Notes: generated from the sequence alone by a model not told the origin. Counted from the stretch's first letter, positions 18,065 to 27,556 are shown. The stretch: 64,000 nt of DNA from an uncultured Gammaproteobacteria bacterium (GCA_964523905.1 CAZFYQ010000005.1:10299-74298), one strand, 5' to 3'. Translations and numbers: made by a program.

Positions 18065-19046
18065 TTGGCTTTGGTTTTAGAAAGCTTTCCAGATATTCAT
18101 TACTAACCCGTCGGCTTCTTTGTATTTGAGATCTTTTACTTAGCAACCTGGGTAAATTCCAAAGCAACCACAGTTTGGTTAAAATAGGTGGCCAAATAAA
18201 ACCGTTTTTTAATTGATAAAAAACAGTATTGTAATAAACCAAGATAATTTTTAGCCAGCGCCAGTCTTTCAGTAAAACTCCGGATGGAAAATCTTTAATA
18301 ATTGTTGCCATCATATTGCGAAACTGCCAGTACTCAACATGTTGCGGCAATTTTTTAGACGTAGCTTTATGTTTATGAAAAACAACTGCCTTGGGACAGT
18401 ATATTGATTTCCACTCGGCAAACTGCGCCCGAAAAGCTAAATCAACTTCCTCAGAATACATAAAAAAACTGGCGTCAAACATACCAAGTTCAATAAACTC
18501 TTCTCGTCTAAATAATGAGGCTCCCCCTGTGGCTCCGAATATGTATGCTTCTTTTTCATAAAGACCAGTGTCTTTTTCATTCCAACCAATTGAACGAGCT
18601 TGTCCAACCTCATTGATTTGTATTCCTACCCCATCAATTAGCTTTTTATCATAAAAATTTAACAGCTTTGGGTTAACTGAAAAAACTTCAGGGTGTTTAT
18701 CAGCACATTCAACAAGACATTTCAGCCAGTTTTTATCAACCGCTGTATCATTATTTAAAAACACCACATAATTGGCGCGAGATTTTTTAACTCCAGAATT
18801 AATTCCCCCGGCAAAGCCGAGGTTTTTTTTATTTTCAACTATTTTAATCGCCACGTCATTACGAGGCCACAAAGTGGCCGTGGCAATCTTTCTTACATAA
18901 TCCACTGACCCATCCGTCGAAGCATTATCGACTAGAATTATTTCGAAATCTTTAAAAGTTTGTTTAGACAGGGAATCAAAACAGTCTGGCAAAAGTTCTT
19001 TACCATTCCAGTTAGGAATAATTACTGAGGCCTTAACGACTGCCAT
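18039..19046 (-). CDS. glycosyltransferase family 2
   Basis: VIIPNWNGKELLPDCFDSLSKQTFKDFEIILVDNASTDGS is a classic GT2 N-terminus with the DxD region. Confidence 0.85.
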   Translation of the reverse strand: MAVVKASVIIPNWNGKELLPDCFDSLSKQTFKDFEIILVDNASTDGSVDYVRKIATATLWPRNDVAIKIVENKKNLGFAGGINSGVKKSRANYVVFLNNDTAVDKNWLKCLVECADKHPEVFSVNPKLLNFYDKKLIDGVGIQINEVGQARSIGWNEKDTGLYEKEAYIFGATGGASLFRREEFIELGMFDASFFMYSEEVDLAFRAQFAEWKSIYCPKAVVFHKHKATSKKLPQHVEYWQFRNMMATIIKDFPSGVLLKDWRWLKIILVYYNTVFYQLKNGFIWPPILTKLWLLWNLPRLLSKRSQIQRSRRVSNEYLESFLKPKPITFWGLRN

Positions 19047-20271
19047 GAAAAATCTTTCTATTGATCAAGCTATAAAAAACCACAAAAGATAAAATATCAG
19101 ATGCCACAGTCACCCAAGCTGCTCCAATAAAACCCATGCCAGGAATTAATAACAGATTTAAAACCACATTAAATGCTACGGTTAATAGCGAGTAGTAAAT
19201 TACCTGCTTTAAATATTTATCGGAGGATAAAAGCACCTGTACCCCCGGGGTGGCCATAAAGATAAATGGTAAAGATAAAGCAAGTATTTGGATGGCAGAA
19301 ATTGCCGGTAAAAACTGTGGCAGGAAAAAATGAATTAATGGGGGTAATATAAAAACATATCCCACATAAGCTAAAACCCCAAGCATTGCCATTAACTTTA
19401 AACTTTTAAAATAGAGTTTTTTCATCTCCTCAGTGCCACTGTCATGCAATTTAGCCAAACTGGGGAAAAGTGCAGAGGCAAAAGCGCTGGGTACAAAAAT
19501 AATTGCTTCTAGAAATCGGTAGGAGATACCATATATTCCAGTTTCAAAACTACCCCGCAAATAAGACAGGATTATGGTATCAATCCGAAAATATAACAAG
19601 CCCAATATCCCTAATATTCCATAGGGCAAGGATCCTTTTAAAGCTTTTTTTAAAATACTTAGACTAATATTGGTTAAAGATAACACCCGACGCTTTTGTA
19701 AGAATAGGAAAAGCACTAAAACCAGTGTTAATTGTCCAATAATTAAGGCAGAGACTACTCCAGTTGGTCCAAATCCTAAGGTCACCAAATATACACCAAA
19801 CAAAGCATTAACTAAGCTAGAAATAAATAAAGCCAAGGCAGATAATTTAAAACCCTGAGTGGCTAAGAATATGCCATCAAAAGTTAATGCCACTGATTGC
19901 GGCAAAATTGCCAACACTGCCAGCAAAGTTAAATCTACCCGAGTTTTATCCGGATCCAGTAAATATAAACCAAGAGCAAACAGGCCAAAGGTGATGGAAG
20001 TTAGAGTTAAACGAAGCATTAAGACGTTACAAGTTAACTCTGATATTTTTAATTGGTCGCGGGAAATTTCTCGAATTAAAAAACGGTTAAATCCCAAATC
20101 AGCTACTGCAGAAACAATGGAAAAATAAGCTAAAGCCACAGTATATAAACCATAATCAGCTACCCCTAAATTCTTGGCCAGGAAAATCGTATAAAAAAAA
20201 CCGATTAATTTAGTTAAAACCTGAGCTGAAACAAGCCACGAAGCTTGCCTTAAAATCTGCCTCATATCCAA
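19033..20271 (-). CDS. polysaccharide biosynthesis protein / oligosaccharide flippase (MOP/Wzx-like)
   Basis: 412 aa with about 12 TM helices. The N-terminus (LVSAQVLTKLIGFFYTIFLAKNLGVADYGLY) matches the polysaccharide biosynthesis protein (PF01943-type) pattern. Confidence 0.8.
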   Translation of the reverse strand: MDMRQILRQASWLVSAQVLTKLIGFFYTIFLAKNLGVADYGLYTVALAYFSIVSAVADLGFNRFLIREISRDQLKISELTCNVLMLRLTLTSITFGLFALGLYLLDPDKTRVDLTLLAVLAILPQSVALTFDGIFLATQGFKLSALALFISSLVNALFGVYLVTLGFGPTGVVSALIIGQLTLVLVLFLFLQKRRVLSLTNISLSILKKALKGSLPYGILGILGLLYFRIDTIILSYLRGSFETGIYGISYRFLEAIIFVPSAFASALFPSLAKLHDSGTEEMKKLYFKSLKLMAMLGVLAYVGYVFILPPLIHFFLPQFLPAISAIQILALSLPFIFMATPGVQVLLSSDKYLKQVIYYSLLTVAFNVVLNLLLIPGMGFIGAAWVTVASDILSFVVFYSLINRKIFHGSR

Positions 20272-20334
20272 ATTGTACCATCCTTGTCACTATGCTTGAC
20301 TTTGCATCATTAGGATCTATAATCTACAGGTAAT

Positions 20335-20781
20335 ATGGCTGCAACTCCAGAAACATATCAAGAAACACGTGCACATGATTTGGGCTTCAAGGATGAAAAG
20401 GGACAGCCGGTGCTGGGCGTGGGTAAAAGATATACAGAAGATAGTCTTTATCGTTTTATGTATTTGGCTGAAGAGGCTCTCAAACCCGCAAGAATCGTAG
20501 TTACCCTAGGTCTCAAAGAAATAGACACCCCACATGGTGAAGATAAATTACAGTTTACTACTATTACTAAAATTGAGGGCATTTCAATAGAAGAAGCGGC
20601 TTCAAGATTAATGGTGCTAAGAGAAAGTGGACCAAGTTGGGCATTTAAACCAATTCGAAGGACTGGTGACCAAATTGATTATGCGTCTACTACAATTGGT
20701 CCCAATGATACATTAGCTCTATTTAACTTCGATACTGAAGAATTTACACACCTTGTGCCAGCAGCAACAACTCTAAAATAG
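20335..20781 (+). CDS. hypothetical protein
   Basis: 148-aa ORF. GC is noticeably higher than its neighbours. A REP-like element follows immediately. Confidence 0.45.
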   Translation: MAATPETYQETRAHDLGFKDEKGQPVLGVGKRYTEDSLYRFMYLAEEALKPARIVVTLGLKEIDTPHGEDKLQFTTITKIEGISIEEAASRLMVLRESGPSWAFKPIRRTGDQIDYASTTIGPNDTLALFNFDTEEFTHLVPAATTLK

Positions 20782-20820
20782 CTTCCAATCCCAGGGGTTG
20801 AATACGTTCAAACCTCAGGA
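20780..20820 (+). repeat. REP-like 41-nt element, copy A
   Basis: agcttccaatcccaggggttgaatacgttcaaacctcagga, with central palindrome TTGAA-TACG-TTCAA. It is 40/41 identical to copy C. Confidence 0.65.
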
Positions 20821-20874
20821 TTTTTATTAGCCAAACTTTTATGATGATTTTCACCGGACTTAGGCGCTAAATAT

Positions 20875-20903
20875 TTGACAGTTATCCTATAAGCTGATAG
20901 AAT
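20875..20903 (+). promoter_or_regulatory. sigma70-like promoter TTGACA-N17-TAGAAT upstream of the 20913 ORF
   Basis: ttgaca (20875-20880), 17-nt spacer, tagaat (20898-20903). Confidence 0.4.
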
Positions 20904-20912
20904 CGGGGCAAT

Positions 20913-21338
20913 ATGGCAGAACGTGAGCGAACAGGTTCAAAATTATCTCAGGACACAAACCCGGCAGCTGAATTAAGACAGAGGATTAAAGAGGCTGCTT
21001 TAGCTAACCCGGAAATTGTGGCCTTGGCTGCTGATGCTTGGTTTGAAGGAGAATCTACAATTGAGGTAGGGAACGGAGGAGATAGATTAACTATTGATTC
21101 AGAACCACACCCTTTTGGTATTGGTCGAGTACTAAGAGTGACCAATGTAATTGACACCATGAATGGGTATAGACAGATGGAGCTTTTCGTGGCCACAAAC
21201 AACCGACCAAACAGTACATATGATTCAGTAATATTTAGCAAACCCGGACTTCCAGATGAAACTGATAATCCAGCTGCAATAGAAGGTGGGAATGATATAT
21301 TATTTGAAATGGAACGATTCCAACCTCGCGAACAGTAA
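20913..21338 (+). CDS. hypothetical protein
   Basis: 141-aa ORF bracketed by REP-like copies A and B in direct orientation. Confidence 0.45.
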   Translation: MAERERTGSKLSQDTNPAAELRQRIKEAALANPEIVALAADAWFEGESTIEVGNGGDRLTIDSEPHPFGIGRVLRVTNVIDTMNGYRQMELFVATNNRPNSTYDSVIFSKPGLPDETDNPAAIEGGNDILFEMERFQPREQ

Positions 21339-21343
21339 ATAGC

Positions 21344-21384
21344 AGCTTCCAACCCCGGGTGTTGAATACGTTCAAACCCCAGGA
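21344..21384 (+). repeat. REP-like 41-nt element, copy B
   Basis: agcttccaaccccgggtgttgaatacgttcaaaccccagga. It is 37/41 identical to copy A and sits 2 nt from the tRNA-Val 3' end. Confidence 0.65.
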
Positions 21385-21386
21385 TG

Positions 21387-21458
21387 TGGATACTGTAGGG
21401 ATTGGACCTACGACCTCCTCGATGTGAACGAGGCGCTCTACCACTGAGCTAAGTATCC
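21387..21458 (-). tRNA. tRNA-Val (anticodon CAC)
   Basis: Reverse complement gives GGATACT-TA-GCTC-AGTGGTA-GAGC-G-CCTCG-TTCACAT-CGAGG-AGGTC-GTAGG-TCCAATC-CCTAC-AGTATCC-A. Confidence 0.85.
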
Positions 21459-21482
21459 TTATTGCGTAACTGCGCTCTTCCT

Positions 21483-21523
21483 GGGAGTCATTTAGACTCC
21501 CGTCACGATTTTCAATCGTGACC
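21483..21523 (-). other. two abutting hairpins in the tRNA-Val leader
   Basis: gggagtc-attta-gactccc (7-bp stem) directly followed by gtcacgatt-ttca-atcgtgac (9-bp stem, exact palindrome). Confidence 0.5.
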
Positions 21524-21604
21524 CGCTGAGCTATCCGTCCGTTTTCCAATTCTAGCATCCTCTCTCTTGCATCACAACCTAAGTTTTTGCGATAATAGAT
21601 TACT

Positions 21605-22189
21605 GTGGATCCTACAATTTATCAACCCGCCTCTAACAAGGGCTTTTTAGAAAACGCCGGCTCACAAATCATTGATTTTATTCAAACTCTGGTAGTTTTT
21701 GGAGCTATTTTTGCTTTAATTTATATCTTTGTTGCCCAGTTCCACAAAGTCTCCGGCCAATCAATGTTCCCCACCATCCATGATGGAGATTTTTTAGTCA
21801 CAGAAAAAATTAGTTATCGTGTTGGCCAACCAAAACATGGCCAAATCATTGTTTTAAAAGACCCGCGTGATGAATCCCAGGATTTTATTAAACGAATTAT
21901 TGGCTTACCCGGAGATAAAATCAAAATTGATCAAGGCAAATTTTTTCTAAACGGCGGGGTTTTAACTGAGCCATATCTTGCACCCACTGTCCAAGTACAT
22001 GGAGAAAATTTTCTACATGAAGGTCAGGAAATTACTTTAGGACCGGATGAGTACTTTGTAGCAGGAGATAATCGCGAAAACTCTTCTGATTCCAGGGACT
22101 TTGGTCCAATTGCTAAGGAAAAAATGATTGGACGAGCTTTTTTTAGATACTGGCCACCTTCTGCAATCGGCCTGTTAACCAATAAATAA
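21605..22189 (+). CDS. lepB: signal peptidase I
   Basis: SGQSMFPTI (catalytic Ser box), GDNRENSSDSR box and an N-terminal TM helix. GTG start at 21605. Confidence 0.85.
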   Translation: MDPTIYQPASNKGFLENAGSQIIDFIQTLVVFGAIFALIYIFVAQFHKVSGQSMFPTIHDGDFLVTEKISYRVGQPKHGQIIVLKDPRDESQDFIKRIIGLPGDKIKIDQGKFFLNGGVLTEPYLAPTVQVHGENFLHEGQEITLGPDEYFVAGDNRENSSDSRDFGPIAKEKMIGRAFFRYWPPSAIGLLTNK

Positions 22190-22190
22190 T

Positions 22191-23036
22191 TTAGGAGAGA
22201 TTAAAATAACCCACAATAGCTTGACGGATATCTTCTAAAATTGGGGTAGTTTTTCCCGGATCACCTTCAATGGTCATTTCCAATTTCATTTTTTGTCCGG
22301 TTTGCATTAGTTTAACCTGAGTTTTCTCAGCTTTGCGAGAAATAGCAGCTGATAAATCACTTTGCACCTTATCCAACTCATCAGAAACAATATGCATGGT
22401 TTCAGTAACAGCATTTTTCCTAGGCCCAGCTCCTATTCTGGCCCTAAATCTTCGAACCAGTTCTTCAGTACCCCGCACCGATAGGTTTCTTTTTAACACT
22501 TCTTTATATGCTTCAATAATTAAATGCGGATCTTCCAAAGCAGTTAAAGCTCTGGCATGACCTTCAGTGGTGGCACCGGACATTAGAGCGTCTTTTAAAG
22601 CATCCGGCAGGGTCAGGAGTCTAATGGTATTAGAAATATAAGAAGGACTCTTGGAAACTCTTTGGGAAATTTCAGCATTGGTTAAATTAAAATCATCCAT
22701 TAATTTTTTGTAAGCTTGAGCCCGCTCCAAAGGATTTAAATCAATTCTTTGAACATTTTCCACAATGGCCATTTCTAGCATTCCCTGAGGAGTAGTTTCT
22801 CTGATAATTACCGGGACTTTTGGTAAGCCGACTAGTTTGGAGGCTCTCCATCTCCTTTCACCTGCAATAATTTGATATCCAGCCGGAGTTTTGGCCACGA
22901 CAATTGGTTCTAATATGCCATGTGCCCTTAAAGATTCTGCCAGTTCTGAAAGGGATTCAGGGGTAATTAAGCCTCGGGGCTGCAGCGGGTTGGGCTGTAA
23001 CATATCTGTTTCCAGCTCGTAAATTTGTTCATCCAT
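22191..23036 (-). CDS. parB: ParB/Spo0J-like partition protein (no adjacent parA)
   Basis: ParB box GERRWRASKLVGL, N-terminal LQPNPLQPR and a central HTH region. Confidence 0.75.
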   Translation of the reverse strand: MDEQIYELETDMLQPNPLQPRGLITPESLSELAESLRAHGILEPIVVAKTPAGYQIIAGERRWRASKLVGLPKVPVIIRETTPQGMLEMAIVENVQRIDLNPLERAQAYKKLMDDFNLTNAEISQRVSKSPSYISNTIRLLTLPDALKDALMSGATTEGHARALTALEDPHLIIEAYKEVLKRNLSVRGTEELVRRFRARIGAGPRKNAVTETMHIVSDELDKVQSDLSAAISRKAEKTQVKLMQTGQKMKLEMTIEGDPGKTTPILEDIRQAIVGYFNLS

Positions 23037-23038
23037 AT

Positions 23039-23284
23039 TTATACTAAATTAATCACGGTTTTAGACAATTTCTTGGTAAATTTAACTTTACCTTCGGTAA
23101 TTGCAAAAATAGTGTAATCATTACCTTGTTTTGTTCCGACTCCTGGGAAAAATTTATTACCTTTTTGTCTAACAATAATATTTCCGGAAATCACTTTTTC
23201 TCCACCATATTTTTTAACACCCAAGCGCTTGGAAATTGAATCTCTATTTTTCTTGACTGTACCGCCACCTTTTTTATGTGCCAT
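23039..23284 (-). CDS. rpmA: 50S ribosomal protein L27
   Basis: [29 protein letters not shown] is the L27 signature. Confidence 0.9.
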   Translation of the reverse strand: MAHKKGGGTVKKNRDSISKRLGVKKYGGEKVISGNIIVRQKGNKFFPGVGTKQGNDYTIFAITEGKVKFTKKLSKTVINLV

Positions 23285-23296
23285 AGTATTATGAGT

Positions 23297-23602
23297 TTAT
23301 CCTTTTTTGCCTACGCTTGCAACGACTTTAGTCATCTTGGATCTAAAACCGGTATGCTTTCTAAAATTGGCCTTGGCGTGAAACTTATAGACATGGATTT
23401 TAGGCCCTCTGGTTTCCTCCATCACAGTCAGGGCAATAGTATCTTTAACATACGGTTTACCCAAGGTCACTTTTCCGGCTTCGGAAATTAACAGTACCTT
23501 AGCCTCTGGTTTGTCACCAGTTTTAATCTTGACCTCAAAAGGCACATTTGGTAACACTTTAAATTGTTTTCCACCGATTTCAAAAATCGCAAAATCAAAC
23601 AT
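23297..23602 (-). CDS. rplU: 50S ribosomal protein L21
   Basis: MFDFAIFEIGGKQFKV... is an L21-type N-terminus. Lies immediately upstream of rpmA. Confidence 0.85.
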   Translation of the reverse strand: MFDFAIFEIGGKQFKVLPNVPFEVKIKTGDKPEAKVLLISEAGKVTLGKPYVKDTIALTVMEETRGPKIHVYKFHAKANFRKHTGFRSKMTKVVASVGKKG

Positions 23603-23612
23603 GGTTGTGATT

Positions 23613-24668
23613 TTATCTTACTTTGAGGTTGTTTGCAACAGATGAGAGTAATCCTAAAGACATCAGCGTTGCAATCAAAGAGCTACCGCCATAGGAAATT
23701 AAGGGCAAAGTGATCCCAGTGATGGGCAAAATCCCAATATTCATGCCAATATTAACAAAGATCTGACAAATCAGCATTGAAAAAATTCCAATCACCAGTA
23801 AGAAATTAAAGCTATCATTAACCAGGGACGCCACCCTTAAGCAATAGCCCAGCAAAAAAAGGTAAATTACCAAAATAATTAAAGCGCCGGTAAAACCCAG
23901 CTCCTCAACAGTTGAGGCAAAAATAAAATCAGTCCGGTATTCTGGCAGGAATTGTAAACGTGATTGTGTGCCTCTTCCCAAACCCCGACCAAACAATTGC
24001 CCAGAACCAACAGCAATCGTTGACTGAATTTGATTATAACCTCTACCTAAAGGATCAGACTGCGGTGCAAAAAAACCAATGATTCGGTCTCTTTGATAAG
24101 ACCGCAGAAAAAACCAACCAGCAGGGATAATTAAACTAGCCACTAGTATTAATACGGCAATTTTTTTAACTGAAACTCTGGAGGCAAATAGCATCCCTAA
24201 CCAGATTGCCATCAGTGTTAAGGCTGATCCTAAATCCGGTTGGATAAAAATTAACAGAGCCAAAGGGACGGTAATTAACAAGCTCTTAAAAACATTAGCC
24301 CAGCTTGGTGCCATCCTTGACCAAAAATAAGCTAAGCATAAAATCAGTACAGGCTTGGCAAACTCTGAAGCCTGTACATTAAAAAATCCCAGTGGAATCC
24401 AGCGGATTGCTCCCCGACTTTCAAATCCCCAGAAAAATACTACCAGAAGCAAAAAAATAATGAAAATATACAAGGGTTTTACAAAGCGGGTTAAAACATG
24501 CATATCCAGTTGTGACAAAAAAAAGAAAAACACCAAACCAACCACAGCAAACAGTATTTGTTGAAAAGCAAGAGTTTTGGAAGATGAATAAATTACTAAT
24601 ATTCCAATTGACACTAAGAAAATACTGGATAGAATAGTTGGCAGGCTAAAAAACTTAAGGCTACTCAT
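23613..24668 (-). CDS. SEDS family protein (RodA/FtsW/SpoVE-like peptidoglycan glycosyltransferase)
   Basis: 351 aa with about 10 TM helices. The C-terminal conserved block PITGITLPLISYGGSSL is typical of SEDS proteins. Confidence 0.8.
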   Translation of the reverse strand: MSSLKFFSLPTILSSIFLVSIGILVIYSSSKTLAFQQILFAVVGLVFFFFLSQLDMHVLTRFVKPLYIFIIFLLLVVFFWGFESRGAIRWIPLGFFNVQASEFAKPVLILCLAYFWSRMAPSWANVFKSLLITVPLALLIFIQPDLGSALTLMAIWLGMLFASRVSVKKIAVLILVASLIIPAGWFFLRSYQRDRIIGFFAPQSDPLGRGYNQIQSTIAVGSGQLFGRGLGRGTQSRLQFLPEYRTDFIFASTVEELGFTGALIILVIYLFLLGYCLRVASLVNDSFNFLLVIGIFSMLICQIFVNIGMNIGILPITGITLPLISYGGSSLIATLMSLGLLSSVANNLKVR

Positions 24669-27531
24669 GTTCCTTTATAACTGATAAAACATCACCTTTG
24701 GCAATAGCAACCGAGGCAGTACTTTTTAAAATTTGTTCTTCAAAATCTGCAGGCCAAGAAGGAGCAATGATTTTGGTTTTATCTGCCAAGGTTAAATTCG
24801 AATCTTTTCGTAGTTGCTGGATTTGACGGATCAGATCACGAGCCTGTCCTTCCTCTGCTAGCTCTGGAGTAATATTTGTATCCAATTCGACTTTGAGGCT
24901 ATCCGAGGTAGATATATACTCAACAACTTTAACATTTAATTCATCCGCCAGAATTTTTTCCAATTGCTCGCTTGATTTTTCCTCAGCTTGATACATAATC
25001 TTAGCCAAAGGTTGACGTAATTTAACTGCTGCTTCTTTTCGCAGAGCATGTCCTTTTTCCGCAGCTTCCCGAACTATCTTCATTTGTTCAATTAACTCCT
25101 TATTAACCAAAGATGAATCTGCAACTGGATAATCAGTTAGGTGTACAGACTCTTCTGCGGTTAAATTGCGGTATATTTCTTCACTAATAAATGGTATTAA
25201 AGGTGCTCCCAGCTTGGTAACAGTTACCAAAACCTGATACATCACCGACAAACAAGTATTCTGATCTTTAGTATCAGCTTGAGGGCCCACCCGATCACGA
25301 GATCGTCTAATATACCAAGTTGAAAAGTCATTCACCACAAAATCCTCAATTGCGCGCGAAGCCACATACGGATTAAATTTAGAAAGTCCCTCATCTGCAA
25401 TTGTGATAACCTGTGTCAGTCTTGCTAAAATCCACTGATCTAATACTGATAAATTCTGGGTTTCCTCAACACCATCCCAATAAAGTCCAGCGTAGTCGGT
25501 AAAGAACTTGTAGCTGTTCCATAAAATTAGATAAAACCGCCTTTTGACTTCTGATACTGTGTTACGACCAAATAATAAATTGCTCTCCGGATCCTGGGTA
25601 ACAAACATCCATCTCATTACGTCAGAACCCATTTCATCAGCTGCTTCATTAAATTCAATCGAGTTACCCTTAGATTTATGCATTTCTTGACCTTTTTCAT
25701 CTCTGACTAAGGCATAACCATACAGATTTTTAAAGGGGATGGTATTTTTTAAAGCCGTACTCATAGCAATCATGGCATAAAACCAGTTTTTGAACTGTCC
25801 GGGAAACGATTCAGAAACCAAATCAGCCGGAAACCAACCTTCCGGTAAAGTAGAATATGGCACTATCCCAGCATCCAGCCAGGGATTACCAACGTCGGGA
25901 ATTCGAGAGCTTATTTCACCACATTTTGAACATTTAATTTTTACTTGATCAATCCAGGGCCTGTGAGGTGAATTACCATTAAACTGATCCCAACCATCAA
26001 AAGCTTTTTCTTTTAGCTCCTCTTTGCTTCCTAAAACATCAAAATTATGGCAGTTTCTACATTCCCAAATCGGCAAGGCCAACCCCCAGAATCTTTTTTT
26101 GGAAATTAGCCAATCATGCATATTTTTTAACCAATCTAGTTCACGGTCTAAGGCCCATCCGGGAATCCAGTTAATTTTTTTAGCTACTTCTACCATCTGT
26201 TCGCGGTAAGTTTTACCACTCTCATCTGCTTTATCCATTGCGATATACCATTCGTCTACCACTCTCCAAACTAATTCTGTTTTACACCTCCAACAAGTCG
26301 GATAACGATGCTTATACTTTTCTATTTTAAATACCCATTTATTGCCCTGATTTAATAAATAGTCTAAAATTATGCGAGGGTCTTTTTTGGCATTGGTTCC
26401 GGAAAATTCCCCTAAACCTTCTAAATAGTTGGCTCCTTCATCAATAATATCTACCATCGGCAGCCCCAGTTTTTGACCTAATTTAAAATCCTCCACTCCG
26501 GCTGAAACTGCAGTATGAACTAAACCAGTTCCTTCTTCTAAATTAATGGGCATAATCAACTCATCAGTAGCAATCACAGTATGAAAATCCTTGGATTTTT
26601 CAGCAGCTTTTTTAACTGCTGAGAGGTTATCAAAAGCCCACTCATATTTAAGTCCAACCAGTTCTTTACCTTTAACGGTTTTTACAATTTTTGCATTATC
26701 ACCAAAGATTTTTTTAACTAATTCCTTCACTAACCATAATTTATCACCCTCACTTTCAACTAGAGAATAATCAAATTTCACGTCAACTGCTACTGCCACA
26801 TTTCCTGGTAAAGTCCACGGAGTAGTAGTCCAAACTAATAAATTTTCATTATCTCTACCCTCAATCGGCAGTTTAAAATAAATTGATTCATGAGTCACTT
26901 CCTGGTAACCATCTGATTCAATTTCATGTTGAGAAATAGCAGTTCCACACCTGGGACACCAGGGCACACTGTCATGACCTTTATATAACCAGCCTTTTTC
27001 ATTAATTACTTTAATAAAATTCCAAATGGCATAATTATTTTCATCAGATGAGGTGTGATATGAATTATCCCAATCCATAAAATATCCCAGTCTTTTACTT
27101 TGTTCTGTTTGAATTGCAGAATATTTTTTAACCCGGGCCTTACAAAGATTGACAAACTTCTCCAAAGAAGCAAATTCATTTCCGGGAACAAGATTTAAAA
27201 TATCCTTTTTATTTTTAAGACCTAATTCTTTTTCTACTTCTACCTCTACCCAAAGACCTTGTTCATCAAAACCATTTTGAAAACGTTCAGAGTAACCTTT
27301 CATATTATGAAATCTTTGCCAGACATCTTTTAAAGTTCTTCCCCAAGCATGATGCACTCCCATTGGATTATTAGCCGTAATCGGCCCATCTAAATAGGAG
27401 AATTTTTTATCAGAATTTTTGTTCTTATCTAAATATTTCTTAACTATTCCCTCCTTGTACCAGAAATCTAGTAGTGATCTTTCCATTTCCGGAAAATCCA
27501 TTTGAGAAGAAACAGTTCTAAATTTACGCAT
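24661..27531 (-). CDS. ileS: isoleucine--tRNA ligase
   Basis: 956 aa. HHAWG (HIGH-type), KMSKS-type HKSKGNSIE, a CP1 editing region and a C-terminal Zn-finger CxxC...CxxC. Confidence 0.9.
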   Translation of the reverse strand: MRKFRTVSSQMDFPEMERSLLDFWYKEGIVKKYLDKNKNSDKKFSYLDGPITANNPMGVHHAWGRTLKDVWQRFHNMKGYSERFQNGFDEQGLWVEVEVEKELGLKNKKDILNLVPGNEFASLEKFVNLCKARVKKYSAIQTEQSKRLGYFMDWDNSYHTSSDENNYAIWNFIKVINEKGWLYKGHDSVPWCPRCGTAISQHEIESDGYQEVTHESIYFKLPIEGRDNENLLVWTTTPWTLPGNVAVAVDVKFDYSLVESEGDKLWLVKELVKKIFGDNAKIVKTVKGKELVGLKYEWAFDNLSAVKKAAEKSKDFHTVIATDELIMPINLEEGTGLVHTAVSAGVEDFKLGQKLGLPMVDIIDEGANYLEGLGEFSGTNAKKDPRIILDYLLNQGNKWVFKIEKYKHRYPTCWRCKTELVWRVVDEWYIAMDKADESGKTYREQMVEVAKKINWIPGWALDRELDWLKNMHDWLISKKRFWGLALPIWECRNCHNFDVLGSKEELKEKAFDGWDQFNGNSPHRPWIDQVKIKCSKCGEISSRIPDVGNPWLDAGIVPYSTLPEGWFPADLVSESFPGQFKNWFYAMIAMSTALKNTIPFKNLYGYALVRDEKGQEMHKSKGNSIEFNEAADEMGSDVMRWMFVTQDPESNLLFGRNTVSEVKRRFYLILWNSYKFFTDYAGLYWDGVEETQNLSVLDQWILARLTQVITIADEGLSKFNPYVASRAIEDFVVNDFSTWYIRRSRDRVGPQADTKDQNTCLSVMYQVLVTVTKLGAPLIPFISEEIYRNLTAEESVHLTDYPVADSSLVNKELIEQMKIVREAAEKGHALRKEAAVKLRQPLAKIMYQAEEKSSEQLEKILADELNVKVVEYISTSDSLKVELDTNITPELAEEGQARDLIRQIQQLRKDSNLTLADKTKIIAPSWPADFEEQILKSTASVAIAKGDVLSVIKEHE

Positions 27532-27556
27532 AGGGAAATTTTAACAGATAACTAAC

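Noticed and set aside
21459-21545. Second tRNA gene upstream of tRNA-Val
   Set aside because: The GGACGGATAGCTCAGCGGG segment mimics a tRNA 5' half, but no matching anticodon arm, T-arm (GTTCGA-type) or 3' acceptor strand (TCCGTCC) follows. It is treated as a remnant or leader, not a gene.
21235-21558. 107-aa minus-strand ORF
   Set aside because: It overlaps REP copy B, the entire tRNA-Val gene and the leader hairpins, so it is a spurious read-through of structured RNA and repeat sequence.
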